Below are positions 40,480 to 54,026 of a stretch of 64,000 bases of DNA, one piece after another. The translations under genes and the position numbers were made by a program. The DNA comes from Octopus vulgaris. Lineage: Eukaryota. Numbering within the stretch: the first letter of the stretch is position 1; each line of letters starts with the position of its first letter. The stretch is taken from the NCBI GenBank assembly GCA_951406725.2, contig OX597818.1, positions 39,060,001 to 39,124,000 of the forward strand, read 5' to 3'. The notes under the pieces were generated by a model, which saw only the letters and a list, made by a program, of their open reading frames with translations, was not told the DNA's origin and ran no database searches.

Positions 40480-40983
40480 CACACATGCACATAAGTATAT
40501 CAAGAAAACAGTCAGATATTGTCCAAATGATAGTTCTTGAGAAGTCCAATCATTCATATTTCTAGAATTCATCCTAGCACACAACATGGACATAAATTTG
40601 AAAAACATCTCACTTCTTGCAGAGTGTGCAGAGGAAGCCATGGGAAGACAGACCACATCTTTTTGTATTTAGATTCATAAGCTTTCCCTTTGGTGATTCA
40701 GGTAACATAAGTTATCCTAGGGTGCACTGATAAGACTAATGAGAACTGGTGTTAATCATGATTCTGAACATATGCTACCAATATAAATTTTACACAGAAT
40801 ATTTTAAAAATTCAGTGATGAGTACAATATTGCTCTTCAGAAAATTTAGCTAGAGGTTAAACTATACATTGCTGTAGGCTGGATCTGGCCTGCAGTCAGT
40901 ATGTTTGACACTTCTGTTTAAGTTTAACAATAGAATATACTTTCCAATCATAATTTCTTTCCTTTTCTTTTTTTCTTTTTCAG

Positions 40984-41106
40984 GCTCCATACAATGCAGT
41001 AGAATACAGTTTTGAGTCACCATCTTCACTATTTTCACTGGATCCTTCAACAGGAACTATCACTATCAGACAAGAAATACCAGCCCAAACAATCTCTCCA
41101 ATTCAA
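40984..41106 (+). CDS. cadherin exon 13 (short, 41 aa APYNAVEY...FSLDPSTGTI...PIQ)
   Basis: tttttcag|GCT...CAA|gtatg. Confidence 0.91.
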
Positions 41107-41483
41107 GTATGTGTGTTACTTTTTCTTTGCCTTTTTGCCTGGTTTAGAATTTTGCATCTTTTGTTCTAAGTTGTACTCTAATACAACTATAAAATTCTAT
41201 AACAATAGAAAATGTAACATTAGATTAACATGTTATAAATATATATATACACACACATACATACATTCTTATACATACATACATAGACACACACACATAC
41301 ATACATACATACATACATACATACATACATTTATATATACATACATACATACATACATATATAATTAAAATTCAGTTGAATTAGGTACTTAAGTCGAGGC
41401 ACCAAGTCTGTCTGATATTATCCACGCAGCTTGAAGTAAGGTGAATAAAAAGCAAATAAGTAACAAGGATGTCAAAGTATTAG

Positions 41484-41571
41484 TGCATTACGGCCGTTTC
41501 AGGCAGCTCCATTTAATCAAACAATGCAAGCATTACATCATATCTGAAACAACCTGCTTTCCTCTGATGCA
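41484..41571 (-). ncRNA. type I hammerhead motif with one core substitution (CAGA for CUGA)
   Basis: UGCAU-CAGAGGA-AAGCAG...CUGCCU-GAAAC-ggcc-GUA-AUGCA. Confidence 0.6.
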
Positions 41572-42108
41572 TAAGACCATATAGGTTTTCAACCTACAGG
41601 ATACACCATTATAATTTTTTAGCAAATTTTTTTATCAGAACTAGAGAATAAAAGAATTACATGCTTATTGCTATTATTGTAGCAGAATGAACTTAGGGAG
41701 AAAATACCCAAACTATAATTTGGAGTGGTAGAAGAGAATAACAATGGGGGTCATGAGATGGTAATATCGCTACATTTATCTATCTCCTTATTACCATCAA
41801 AAGATCTAAGTCAGCTAGTATACTATATCAACTAAGAATTAAAAACACTGGGAATTGATAGTTAAGTTCTAGCTGCTAATGATGAATTAATTAATGTCAG
41901 ATACTCTCCCAAATCCTTAATTTACTATGACTATAAATTCGCTATGGCTACTTATATTATCCCTACCCTTTCTTTTTCTGGGCATATACCACTATCTTAC
42001 TAACATCGGAGATTTGTTCGTTTATGTAAACTGGCATTGCAAAAGGAGCCCGTATGGAAACATGTGTAACTTATAATTAAAGAATTTTCTTTGTTTTCTT
42101 TTTTTCAT

Positions 42109-42322
<214 letters not shown>

Positions 42323-42697
42323 GTATATAGTGGTTATATATATAGGATGTTTCGATTCTATGTGTGTGTTTATTGAGCGAAAAAACACTATATATATATA
42401 TGTATATCCCTATGTACTCTTTATATATGGCGGTATGCACAGCTCAAAAGCTGAAACTGGAAAAACAAAAACAAAAACAAAATATGTATATATATGTATA
42501 TATATATATATGTATATATATATGTATATATATGTATGTATATATATATATGTATATATATATGTATATATATATGTATATATATGTATATATATATATA
42601 TGTATATATATATGTATGTATATATATATATGTATATATATATATTATATATATATGTATATATATATGTATGTATATATGTATATATATATGTATG

Positions 42698-42728
<31 letters not shown>

Positions 42729-42783
42729 GTATCTATATGTATATATATATGTATATATATGTATATATATGTATATATATGTA

Positions 42784-42869
<86 letters not shown>

Positions 42870-42904
42870 GTATACATGTATATATATGTATATATATAGA
42901 TAAA

Positions 42905-42943
<39 letters not shown>

Positions 42944-43345
42944 GTATACATGTATATATATGTATATATATAGATAAATAAATAGATAGATATAGATATT
43001 AACATATATATGCATATATATTGTATTTTATGAAATAGCATTTCATATTGATTTGTAATACTTGAAAGATGTTCAAATTAATGTCAGAGATTTAAGTTAT
43101 TATACATTAAAATTATTTTGTTCCATTGTGCAATCTGAAAAATACATATTACTTTATTAGTCGTCTTCAATTTTTCTTGGCTTTTTAAAACATGAAGTAC
43201 ACCAAAAAATTTTGCATTATATTTCTTGTTAAAAAAAATCTTACAATTTAAAAAATTCTTTTGTGTTACAAAATTTTTAATCAATTATTATTATAATTAT
43301 TTTATAATCTTTTTCTATTTTATAAAACATAATTTTAAAATACAG

Positions 43346-43537
43346 TTGAAGGCATATGCTTATGATAATGGTAATCCCAGCCGAAAAAGTGCTTCAGCAG
43401 ATATAATAATCACTCTGTTAAAAGACAAGTATCCACCTGAATTCATTCAACCAATAGATTGGGAATTATCAGTAAATACTGGATTTGCTGCAGGGAGAAC
43501 TTTAGTCACAATTCAAGCAAGAGATAATGATACAACT
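43346..43537 (+). CDS. cadherin exon 14 (long, 64 aa LKAYAYDNGNP...QARDNDTT)
   Basis: aatacag|TTG...ACT|gtaag. Confidence 0.92.
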
Positions 43538-43933
43538 GTAAGTATAAAATATATAATTGTCTTTTAGAATGTTCCCTAGTTTGTGTACTTAGAAACAAAC
43601 TTATATCTATAACTTGAAGTTAAATTTACTTAAAGATCATAAATTGCTAATTTAAAAAATATTAAGCATATTAAAGTCATCTCTTTCAAGGAAGCTGAAC
43701 ATGAAATGCTTCATTGGATAATGGTATTTTATAGTTAAGTATAGTTCTGTTGGTTGCATGTTCACTTTGATATATAGGGATACAAGATAACTTTATGAGC
43801 AAATGTGTTTTGTAAAGGTTCTTTTCTAGTATTGCTGTGTACAGTAGAAACTGCGACTAAAACAAATGTTTTTCTCTCTATAGTTAGAAAAAGGAATGGA
43901 TTTGACTAGTTAATATTTATTACTGCTTCAAGA

Positions 43934-44150
43934 TGGTCAAGTGGCAGAATTGTTAGTATTCCAAGCAAAATACTTAGTAGTATTTTGTCCATTTACACAT
44001 TCTGAGTTCAACTTCTGCTGAGGTTGATTTTTGCATTTCAACCTTTTGGGGTCAATAGAATAAGTACCAGTTAAGCACTGGGATCCATATAATCAACTTA
44101 CCCCTCCCTCGAAATTCCTGGCCTTGTGCCAAAACATAAAACCAATATTT
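43934..44150 (+). mobile_element. old SINE related to family D
   Basis: diverged match; similar remnants at 11995-12125, 13474-13925, 56600-56780. Confidence 0.65.
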
Positions 44151-44279
44151 ATTACTGTTCCATTAAAATCTGTTGCTCATTTTGTGACCACAGAGAAAAT
44201 ATTAGATTACAGTTATTTGCAGTATGCACAGAGTTACATAGAACTAAATTAGTCTATCTAGTTTTCTTAAAAGTACAAA

Positions 44280-44790
44280 TATTGTCCATATAAATGATTT
44301 AATAGAAGCATTGCTTAGGGTTAAGAGAAAGATGAATGGTAAAGATGGGAGAGGTATGCAGTAATATATATCTGGAAGACCCTGGAAGGAATTGTGCCAA
44401 ATTTTGGCATTGAAAGCTACACCAATTCCAGAATGGGACGACACTGCATTGTGCCAAAGGTCCCAACAATGCCATCATGCTTCAAGTCCAGTTACTGCAA
44501 CAGCCTGGGTTTCAAGGGCCCACAGCTTTTTAATATTCTCCCAAAGAGTCTGAGGAACTTGCACAAAGTAGATGTAGGGGTTTTTAAATCAAAGCTGGAC
44601 CTCTTTCTATCGAGTATTTCAGATGAACCTACCTCATGGCAAGAGGTGCAAATGAGGGTAGCTATATCAAACTCTATGTTTCACCAAATGCCACATATTA
44701 GAGGAGGCTCTTAGTAATAACAGAGTATCAAAATGGCGGTGCATCAACATGGCCACAGTACTGAGCTGAAACTAGGGGAAAAAAAAATAT
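44280..44790 (+). mobile_element. CR1/L2-like LINE 3' end with 3'UTR
   Basis: NSLGFKGPQLFNILPKSLRNL...FKSKLDLFLSSISDEP. Confidence 0.85.
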
Positions 44791-45581
44791 GTGTGCTTTC
44801 AATGATTATTTATTTGCACTTTCACCATGAGTAAAGCAAATGTTTTTGTCTGTGACCAGAGAAAGAGATTGACTAGGGTAGTTTCTGCAGTTATTACTGT
44901 TTCATCAGGTATTGTTTACTCCTTTTCTGACCACAGAGATAATAGTAGCATATATAAATTAAGTTATATTCAAGATTGTGTGTGCTAACAGATACTATTT
45001 TCTCTTTGACCATGGGAAGATGGACTAGTTTCTAATGAATTTGTTATAAATATCGAAACTGGTGAGATTGATCTTTCTTCCTGGTCACAGATGGAAAAAC
45101 CTATTTTTATCCACAATCTCTGCTTTTCACAATGATGTTTTAAAATGTATGTTTGCTAAATGTACATGCTCATAGATTTATCTCACATCTTTATCATAAT
45201 GCTGTTGGGTTAATTGATAATTAGAGTGATTAATTTAGAATTTTCATAATTCAAAATTTCTACAACTGTGAATATTGACAGCAAAAAACAAAAATCATTT
45301 TATTTAAATAAAGGCAAGTTCAAAACAATTTAGGCCAGACCTTACTAGATCGATTTCTTTCTAACAGAAGCAAAGCAATATTTTGAGAGTAAGAAAAGTA
45401 TAATCAATTGAATCTACAATAGTCTTTTAACTGGTTGTTGGTTTATTTATTTTAGAAAATATGCTACTGTTTGTGCCATTCCTCAGTTTCAGTTTTGGTA
45501 ATAGTAATTTTTTTTACTTAGTTATGAAGTAAACTGCATTTGCAGAAAATACTGAGATTGTGTAATATTATTACCTTTCCA

Positions 45582-45908
45582 TGGCTCAGTGGTTAGAGCG
45601 TCGAGCTTACGACTGTGAGGTTGTGAGCTTGAATCCCAGACCGGGCTGCATGTTGTGTTCTTGAGCAAGACACCTTATTTCACGTTGCTCCAGTTCACTC
45701 AGCTGTAGAAATGAGTTGCAATGTCACAGGTGCCAAACTGTATCAGCCGTTGCCTTTCTCTTGGATAACACTGGTGGTGTGGAGAGGGGAGGCCGGTATG
45801 CATGGGCGACTGCTGGTCTTCCATAAACAACCTTGCCCGGACTTGTGCCTGGGAGGGTAACATTCTAGGTGCAATCCCATGGTCTGTGTCATGACCGAAG
45901 GGGGTCTC
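45582..45908 (+). mobile_element. SINE family B with 12-bp TSD
   Basis: attacctttcca at 45570-45581 and 45909-45920. Confidence 0.9.
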
Positions 45909-46128
45909 ATTACCTTTCCAAGAACATTAACAGAGTAAATGCAATAAATAGGTTGCTACCAGGCATCAGAACAAAGAATCTGACATAGTATGTCTGGAAC
46001 ATTACTACATTTGCAATGGTGCTTCATAATATCCTCACAAAGTTATCTTAATTCTGAGTTTTCTACCTAATACGTCACTGATATTTTTATATCCAACTCA
46101 TTATTTCTTCAATCAAACTTCATTGCAG

Positions 46129-46257
46129 TCTCCATTCAATGTGATACGATATTCAATTATTGGTGATGATAATGCAGCTGATTATTACAGCATTGGTAGC
46201 CAATCAGGAACAATAACTACGAAACGAACGTTAACAAGTAGTATTTCCCAGCACCGG
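46129..46257 (+). CDS. cadherin exon 15 (short, 43 aa SPFNVIRYSIIGDD...SQHR)
   Basis: cattgcag|TCT...CGG|gtatg. Confidence 0.92.
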
Positions 46258-46334
46258 GTATGTATTAACATATCTTTGTATTCTACAAAATACATAGCAT
46301 TATGTATGTATGTATGTGTCTTCTTTTTTTAAAA

Positions 46335-46570
46335 ATTATTATGAATCTTCCACTGAGGAGGGAGTCAGTTTCCAACAAAGATACAAGGCTCCATCTTTGG
46401 GATATAGTTAATACAGACATGTTCACATTTGGAACTTGAGAAAAGTCTTGCATATTTTTACTGTTCCACTCACAGATTGGATTTGTAATGTACGAATCAG
46501 CTGGTCAATTTCTCTTTCTGAAAATTCCAGCTTATCCAAAATCTCCTTTAAGCATTTGAGTGAATGTAAG
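46335..46570 (-). mobile_element. 3' end of a restriction-like-endonuclease (R4/Dong-like) non-LTR element
   Basis: LKEILDKLEFS...LQIQSVSGTVKICKTFL* then short UTR and (TAA) tail. Confidence 0.55.
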
Positions 46571-46636
46571 CATGTATGTATGCATGCATGCATGCATGCA
46601 TGCATGCATGTATGTATGTATGTATGTATGTGTGTA

Positions 46637-46685
<49 letters not shown>

Positions 46686-46806
46686 ATGTATGTATGTATG
46701 TATGTATGCATGCATGTGTGTATGTATGTATGTATGCATGCATGCATGTATGTATGCATGCATGCATGCATGCATATGTGTATGTGTGTATTTATGTGTG
46801 TATGTA

Positions 46807-46849
<43 letters not shown>

Positions 46850-46869
46850 CAAAATAAAATTTTTTTGTA

Positions 46870-47007
46870 TTAGGAGTGGCTGTGTGGTTAGTAGCTTGCT
46901 TACCAGCCACATGGTTCCGGGTTCAGTCCCACTGTATGGTACCTTGGGCAAGTGTCTTCTACTATAGCTTCAGGCTGACCAAAGCCTTGTGAGTGGATTT
47001 GGTAGAA
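46870..47007 (+). mobile_element. SINE family A, head only
   Basis: matches family A 5' 135 bp. Confidence 0.8.
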
Positions 47008-47050
47008 ATATATAAGAAAAATAAGGATAAACACTGGTTTATCTTATTCC

Positions 47051-47274
47051 AAAGTTCCTCTGTATGTTTTACCATTACAGTTGCTTGTAACCATGCAAAC
47101 CACATTCGGTCCTCAGGGAATACTTATCAGGTTACAGATGTAATAAAGTTATCTGTAACATGATATAATAAAGTGTTCCTTGAGGATCCATGCTGGTCGT
47201 GCATCAATTTGTATCTGGAACTGCCTTCACATAGCACAAAACAACCATAATGGTGAAATGCACGAAAGAACTTT
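47051..47274. mobile_element. imperfect fold-back/MITE
   Basis: aaagttc...accatta / taatggt...gaacttt ends; inner tcctcaggga/tccttgagga and gttacagat/atctgtaac stems. Confidence 0.55.
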
Positions 47275-47454
47275 AAAAAAGAAAAGCTATGCTTGTTCAT
47301 ATAATTCTTACAATTGCACTGTAGTTCATAACTGGTTGTACTACTCAGTAGTTAATTAAAAAAAAAACTATACGGAAAGCAGATTGGATCATAGAAATCC
47401 TTGCAGAGCTCCAAACACAACAGTAACAGTTGTACATCTACTTGTAATTCTGCT

Positions 47455-47888
47455 ATATATTATGTACGAGCAAAGCGCCCCTCGTCCAATGGACGATACT
47501 GAGTTGTCAAACATTTAAACAAAATTTTCTGAAAACAACTTGTCGGACCGTCCCATAAGACTCCTCTTTGAGAAACACTGATTTAACCTCAATTTGAGAC
47601 ACCAGCAAAAGAAGAAATGAAGATAGACTTTTTTCTATTCCAAAGAAAAACGATTTTATTCACACAAATATGCAACTAAAGAGTTTAAAGTACCAGTAAG
47701 TACATCGCAACAGCTGATGTACTTGCACGTACAAATGCAGGTTCCCACGGCTTTATTGATCGTCTTCTCACCTGGAATTGCCCTGATACCGTTGGTATCT
47801 ACATATCAAATTTGAGCGCAATCTGATGGAGTATGCCCTAGATTCTAGAAGACACACAGACAGACAGAACGGATTCTATATAATAGAT
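47455..47888 (+). mobile_element. Helentron/HINE-like non-autonomous element
   Basis: ends caaatttgagcgcaatc...(acag)n...tatataatagat, a typical terminal layout. Confidence 0.45.
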
Positions 47889-48071
47889 GTATGTATGTGT
47901 GTATGCATGTGTGTATGTGTGTGTGTGTGTGTGTGTGTGCATGTATGCATGCATACATGTATGTATGTATGCATGCATGTCTGCTATATATTCTTCAAGT
48001 GCAACTTAAAAATGGAAAATAGGCTGATTTAGAAATTTATGATTCTCTTATTTTCAATTTTCTTTCTCAAG

Positions 48072-48257
48072 ATCCGTGTTAAAGCTGCTAACCCACAAAA
48101 TCCTTCAAGCTCAACTAGTCGTGTGTTGCTGGTCACAGTGCTTGGAAACACTAACCCTCCATCTTTTCAATCAGCTACTCAACAACTCACTGTACTTGAG
48201 ACTCAATCTTTGGGGAAACTTCCTTTGAAAATAAACTTGGTGGATCCAGAAAATGAG
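48072..48257 (+). CDS. cadherin exon 16 (long, divergent, 62 aa IRVKAANPQNP...LVDPENE)
   Basis: ttctcaag|ATC...GAG|gtaaa. Confidence 0.88.
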
Positions 48258-48630
48258 GTAAAAACATACTGGTGTTTTTTGTTATAATTTACATCATGAA
48301 TAATAAATGTAAATGTTAAATACAGGTGGAAAACCAGCTTTAGGAACAATTCATAGATTCAATACAATTTTAAACCTCTTTACTTCCATGCAAAGTGTGA
48401 GGGTGTGATAGCCGCTTGAATAAGATAACTGTCAACCAAGTGAAAATTCAGTGATTTGTGTTTTGTTGCTACAAAGATCACTATAATTCTCAGATACTTA
48501 GATGCAATTCTATGATACTTAACTCTTAACATACAAGTTCATCAGTTTTGTAGTTAACCAGTGTAATCAGTTAGTTACAGTACTGCACTCAGTTTTTCCT
48601 ATTTTAATAGCCACCTACTATAGTTTAGTG

Positions 48631-48929
48631 CAGTGGTTCCCAAACCTTTTTGGGCTGCCATCCCCTTGGCATCCAGGCCACATTCTTAGTACTCACCCCC
48701 TCCCCACAAACCACCACAGACATTGACCATTTTCTGTAGCGAATTCAAAGCAACTGCATTTCACAAATAAAACTTAACCTAATTAATCCATTATTTAATT
48801 GTTTTTACATCCTTTAGCCCTCCCTATTTTTGCCACCCCATTATTGCCCCCACTTTTCTTTAGCATTCCACTCCCTGGATCTATTCACTGCCCCCAGGGG
48901 TGCAGTACTGTTCCCTTTGGGAACCATTG
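48631..48929. mobile_element. hAT (Charlie-like) MITE 1
   Basis: TIR cagtggttcccaaa / tttgggaaccattg; 8-bp flanks gtttagtg / gtctaatg. Confidence 0.8.
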
Positions 48930-48937
48930 GTCTAATG

Positions 48938-49156
48938 CAGTGCTTTTCAAACTTTTTGCTGGAGCGGAACCCCAAGGAAACATTCTGCTGGCTCGGGGAA
49001 CCCCTGTGCAATAATTTAATAGTCTTATGCACACATATCTGCACATGAAAATTAAAAATTACTGCCGATTTTAGCAGTTTTGTAACTTCTTGCAGAACCC
49101 TTGGACTGTACTGGCAGAACCCTAAGGTTCCACAGAACCCTGGTTGAAAACCACTG
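48938..49156. mobile_element. hAT (Charlie-like) MITE 2
   Basis: TIR cagtgcttttcaa / ttgaaaaccactg; perfect 8-bp TSD gtctaatg (48930-37, 49157-64). Confidence 0.85.
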
Positions 49157-49843
49157 GTCTAATGTATATCCAGAATGAGGTTTCTTTCTTACCCACTAAA
49201 CACAGTAGACTTGAACACTGCTCTCCTATACGCTTGGGTTCAGAAAGTAAAAGATGAATGTTAAATTATGTTAAAACTGCTTATTTATTGATTATCATTT
49301 TTTATTCTCTAAAAAATCTTTTTATTGTATTTTTCATATAACACTTGCAGATAGCAGTTTTTAAAATTTGATTCTCACTAATTCTGAACAGAAATTGTAT
49401 TAGGGGTAAAATGACTTGCAGGTTCAATCAGGGTAGATCTTGTCAGATTATACATTTTCAAAATTATATTTAAATGCTCTCAGATATGTAAGTTACTGAG
49501 TACTACAGCTAGCTAAAATAGTAACAGTTTGTATCCTTTCAATATTGTTTTGTGCCCTTAGCCAAGATATAACACACAATGATCAAATTCAACTTGCTAA
49601 AAGTACATACCCCAAAGAAGAACAACTCACTCCATTTAATCAATAGCAGTTCTATAAGCCTGGCAGCTTCTCTTAAAGATGAGGCACTCCATTTATCTGG
49701 AGAAATTGATCTGGTGTTGGAATAGCAATTCACCTGTCAGAGTTTGCAAGTGATACAGGAACAATTAATACAAGTTACTAAACCACGGATGAATGAAATA
49801 ATGGCTACTACCTAGAATGCACTCCACCGAAACACAAACACAA

Positions 49844-49886
<43 letters not shown>

Positions 49887-50036
49887 CATATGCACACATC
49901 TCATTATAGAATATACATACATGCAAGTACAAGTATTTTTAAGAAGTTATGGTTCTTAAAAGGAAAATGACAACTACTTTCCAAGATTTTTCAAATTCTG
50001 TTCCTAGTTTTGTAATTGTGATATGGAAGTGTTTAT

Positions 50037-50256
50037 TTAACCTTTTGGCATTCAGATTCTTCTGTCAAATATGATGCTTATTTATTCCCATTGTTTTGAA
50101 TTAATCATGCATTATCTCATAGTCTTGAGATGTAATTGTTTATTTTTCTTAGAATAACAGTATAGGGATATGTATAAGAGGTACCATCTAACTGGTTTGA
50201 ACATAAGACAGGTAGAATATTTTGGCCAGATATGACTGGTTTAAATGCTTAGGGTT
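50037..50256. mobile_element. decayed piggyBac-like MITE
   Basis: ttaaccttttggcatt ... aatgcttagggtt termini. Confidence 0.5.
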
Positions 50257-50900
50257 GGAAATTTCTTTTCCATTGCTCATAACTGTTTAAAGTATTATCA
50301 TTTAATTTTCATATAAATAAATATTTCTCCCCACCACCAAATTTCCCACGACCACAATGAAGAGTTTCAGCAGGCTGTATATAAATGTTAGTTTTATGTT
50401 GTTTAAATTCTACCATTCTGCCATTCTTGACATTTTGTTTTGCTTCCACTGTCCATGTGGAAATTAAATTAAAAATAATTTAGTTAAATAAAGATTAAGC
50501 AAACCCCCAAAACAGGAGAAATACTAGATATTTTCATAAGCAACAGAGACTCATGGATTTACTGTTAAACTTTCAGCTCAGTACCATTAGATGTATGGCT
50601 GGTAAGCTGTTTTCTGTTAAAGTAAGAATTCTTGACTGTGGCAAAAAGCTTCCTTACGAGGGCTAATATCTATTCTTCATAAACAGGTTAACAGAAGAAT
50701 ATAGAAAAAAAAAATGTCCAGTCAAGAAGCATGTCTGCTACTTTATATATACTCCTCTACAGTTAATAAATTAGATAAATGAATAAAATTGATATAATGC
50801 TTTATGGTATTTTTTCTATTTTTTATGTATCATTAATTATATAATTTTTCTTTGTCACTGAATATATTAAATGTTGTTCCTTTTTTAAAATTATTCCTAG

Positions 50901-51017
50901 GGTGTCAGTTGTGAAATGGCTTCACCAAATGATTATTTCACCACTATGCCCAATAGCTGTGATATCCTACTCATGAAACCTCTTATGGATGACCCTTCCA
51001 AAACTTCAGAATACAAG
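50901..51017 (+). CDS. cadherin exon 17 (short, 39 aa GVSCEMASPNDYF...SCDILL...SEYK)
   Basis: ttcctag|GGT...AAG|gtatt. Confidence 0.85.
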
Positions 51018-51619
51018 GTATTTATATTATATTACTTTATTCTTTTACCAGTTTCAGTCATTGAACTTTGGCTAATCACATCAACCCTGATACTTGGCTG
51101 TATGTCCTATACTCTTCCTGTTGCCAACCCTCACCTGTTTATCTGTTTCCAAGTGAGGTGTATTTCCCCATGGTCAGACATGTTCTTACAGAACATTGGA
51201 AACAAATAACGCTGCTTGTGACAATCATTTACAGCTATCATATGACGCCAAGACAAGAACACATACAGACACATGCACACACACACAAAAACATGTGCAT
51301 GCACACACACACACATGCGCACTCATATATGTATGCATGTATATACATGCACACACACATGCACACATACATAAATATATACAATGGTCTTATTTTAGCT
51401 ATTGTTTACCAAATTCAGTCACAAGGCTTTGCTTGGCATGGGGTTATAGTAGAAGACAATTGCCCAAGGAACCACAAAGTGAGACTAAAGTTGATACTAT
51501 GTAGTTGTGAAGCAAACTTCTTACCACACTGCCACATCTGTATATACACACACATGTTTATGTGTGTGTGTATATACATATATATATATGGATGTAAACA
51601 CCATATCTGCAGTTTCTGA

Positions 51620-52022
51620 ATGCAGTACAGAAAACCATCGCAAAATATATGGCAAATAGGGTCGGTGCCAGAATATCCCCTCAGTAAAGCTGGACTCAAG
51701 AGTCATCTTCGTAGTCATAAAGCGAGACAGAAGAGCGACAACTTGGCCACTGGTGGTGGTGTAACACACCATACTAATCATATCTGTCAGGCATGTGGAA
51801 GAGAGTGTAATTCCGCAGGAGGACTTAAATGACATGCAAAGATACATGAAGCCCAGTTACAACTACAGCTGGCTATTGCCAGTAAAGCTTTTAGCTGCCA
51901 ATTCTGTACAAGACATTGTAGATCTTTAGCTGAGATAAAAAGTCACATTCGATCACAGCACCAATAACCGTTAAGCTTTGTGCAATGGCCATACTCGATA
52001 ACGAGGGGGCAGCCATCATCAT

Positions 52023-52027
<5 letters not shown>
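51620..52027 (+). mobile_element. RTE/BovB-like LINE 3' end with C2H2-like fingers and (CAT)n tail
   Basis: SKAGLKSHLRSH, CQACGRECNSAGGLK*H, CQFCTRHCRSLAEIKSHIRSQH. Confidence 0.7.
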
Positions 52028-52063
<36 letters not shown>

Positions 52064-52067
52064 TACA

Positions 52068-52114
<47 letters not shown>

Positions 52115-52136
52115 TTATATATACATATACACACAC

Positions 52137-52185
<49 letters not shown>

Positions 52186-52292
52186 AAGTTAATCCAAACA
52201 AGAAAGCACAAAAGGAACACAACAACGCGAGGATGTGGAACAAATATAGTATTGTTGGACGCTCAGGAAAGAAGGAAAGAAGGGGGGGGGGG

Positions 52293-52327
52293 GTTTAACG
52301 TTTCGAGCGCAGCTCTTCGTCAGGAAC
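52293..52327 (-). ncRNA. minimal hammerhead-like motif in Penelope-like remnant (52185-52380)
   Basis: guuc-CUGACGA-aGAGC(ugc)GCUC-GAAACGUUA-aac; stem I imperfect. Confidence 0.55.
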
Positions 52328-52978
52328 ATAGGAGAAGGAAAGATCCAGAGAAGGGAAGACAGAGGAAAAGAAATTGCCATATATATGTATATTATTTACA
52401 TAGTTGACTTGTTTCATCAATGCTAATCATGACAAAGAAGTTAGTAATAATGTTATAATTTCATGCTATCATAAGTTTTCTTTCTATGTTAGTAGGAGAA
52501 CAGATAGTTCAAACATTGTCATTCATTCTTCTACAATTAATGAAACTGAGTACCAGTCATTGGGGTTGATTTAATCAGCAACCTATATGTGCCCAACTTG
52601 TAATGAGCTAGCATGGTGCAGTTGAGCTGGAATCCCTGCTCAATGGTGGGACTCTGATGACAGGTGAAGAGACACCCCTGTTGAAGAGACACACTGCTGT
52701 CACAGCAGTATTATTTGTAACATCTCATATTACTGCTCACATAACAAATACTTAAAACACACAACGCATTCAATACTCATCCACCTACACAAACACAAAG
52801 TGCTAATGCAAAAGAAAGAAGTGATTGTATGGTTATAAAGCTTGCTTTCTAACCACATGGTTCTGAGTTCAGTTCTACTGCATGGCACCTTGGGTATGCA
52901 TCTTCTGTTATAGCTCTAGGTCAATCAATGATGTGTGTGGATTTAATATGAAGAAATTAAAAGAAGGCCATCATATAC

Positions 52979-53028
<50 letters not shown>

Positions 53029-53543
53029 GCATGTCCAACCATGGTACATAACTCCTAAACTAATCCCTTAGCCCTTTTTCATTTCAGCACTTTTTTCACA
53101 TCTCTGACAATAAAGTGCAGTTGCCATATTCCCTTCCATATTGACTAACTCTGATGAGCGTAAGGTTATATAAACGGATTGTTACCTAACACTCCATTGT
53201 TTTGTTTGCACGGAACTGACTGGTAAGATCAGCCGTGATGGATATATAATACTGTACATTTCGGATAATATATGTATATATAAATATGTGTGTGTGTGTG
53301 TATGTGTGTGTGTGTGTGAGTTAGTGTATCCTTATATTGACATCATATGAAGGCTGTGGACAATTGTCAAGAGGAAGGGCATATGACTTGTAGAAGATTT
53401 TCCTATACAAATTCTGTCCTATCAATGTAAGCATGGAAAAATGGACATTAAAATGATGATGAGGATGATGATACTTTTCTTCAAGTGTTTTTTTTTATGA
53501 ATGCTAACATGTATTTTGTTGTTTCATTTTCTCATTTCTCTAG

Positions 53544-53726
53544 TTTGTTCTATTGGGCAAGGACTTGGGTTCTCCTTCACAGAGAGCCACCAACAACATA
53601 ACTGTGTCAATTATTGTTGAAAGGAATAATCATGCACCCCAGTTTGGTAATGTACCAAATAATATTACTGCAACTGTTCCTGTTAATCAATTATATGGAG
53701 TTTCTGTGACTGACCAGGACAATGTG
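53544..53726 (+). CDS. cadherin exon 18 (long, 61 aa FVLLGKDLGSP...VTDQDNV)
   Basis: ttctctag|TTT...GTG|gtaag. Confidence 0.92.
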
Positions 53727-53836
53727 GTAAGAAATTTTGTAGTGATCTTGCAGTACTCATTGTTGCTGACTTCTGTGACATCCCACCTTAACTCCATGTA
53801 GGATGTCTTTCAATGCCAAATATACAAACAAGTGAT

Positions 53837-53873
<37 letters not shown>

Positions 53874-53891
53874 GATGTGTGTGTGCTTATA

Positions 53892-53923
<32 letters not shown>

Positions 53924-53995
53924 CCTACTGCTGATAACATCAGGTATCCAAATATAAAATTATTACACATACACACACACGCACACACACACATG

Positions 53996-54026
<31 letters not shown>

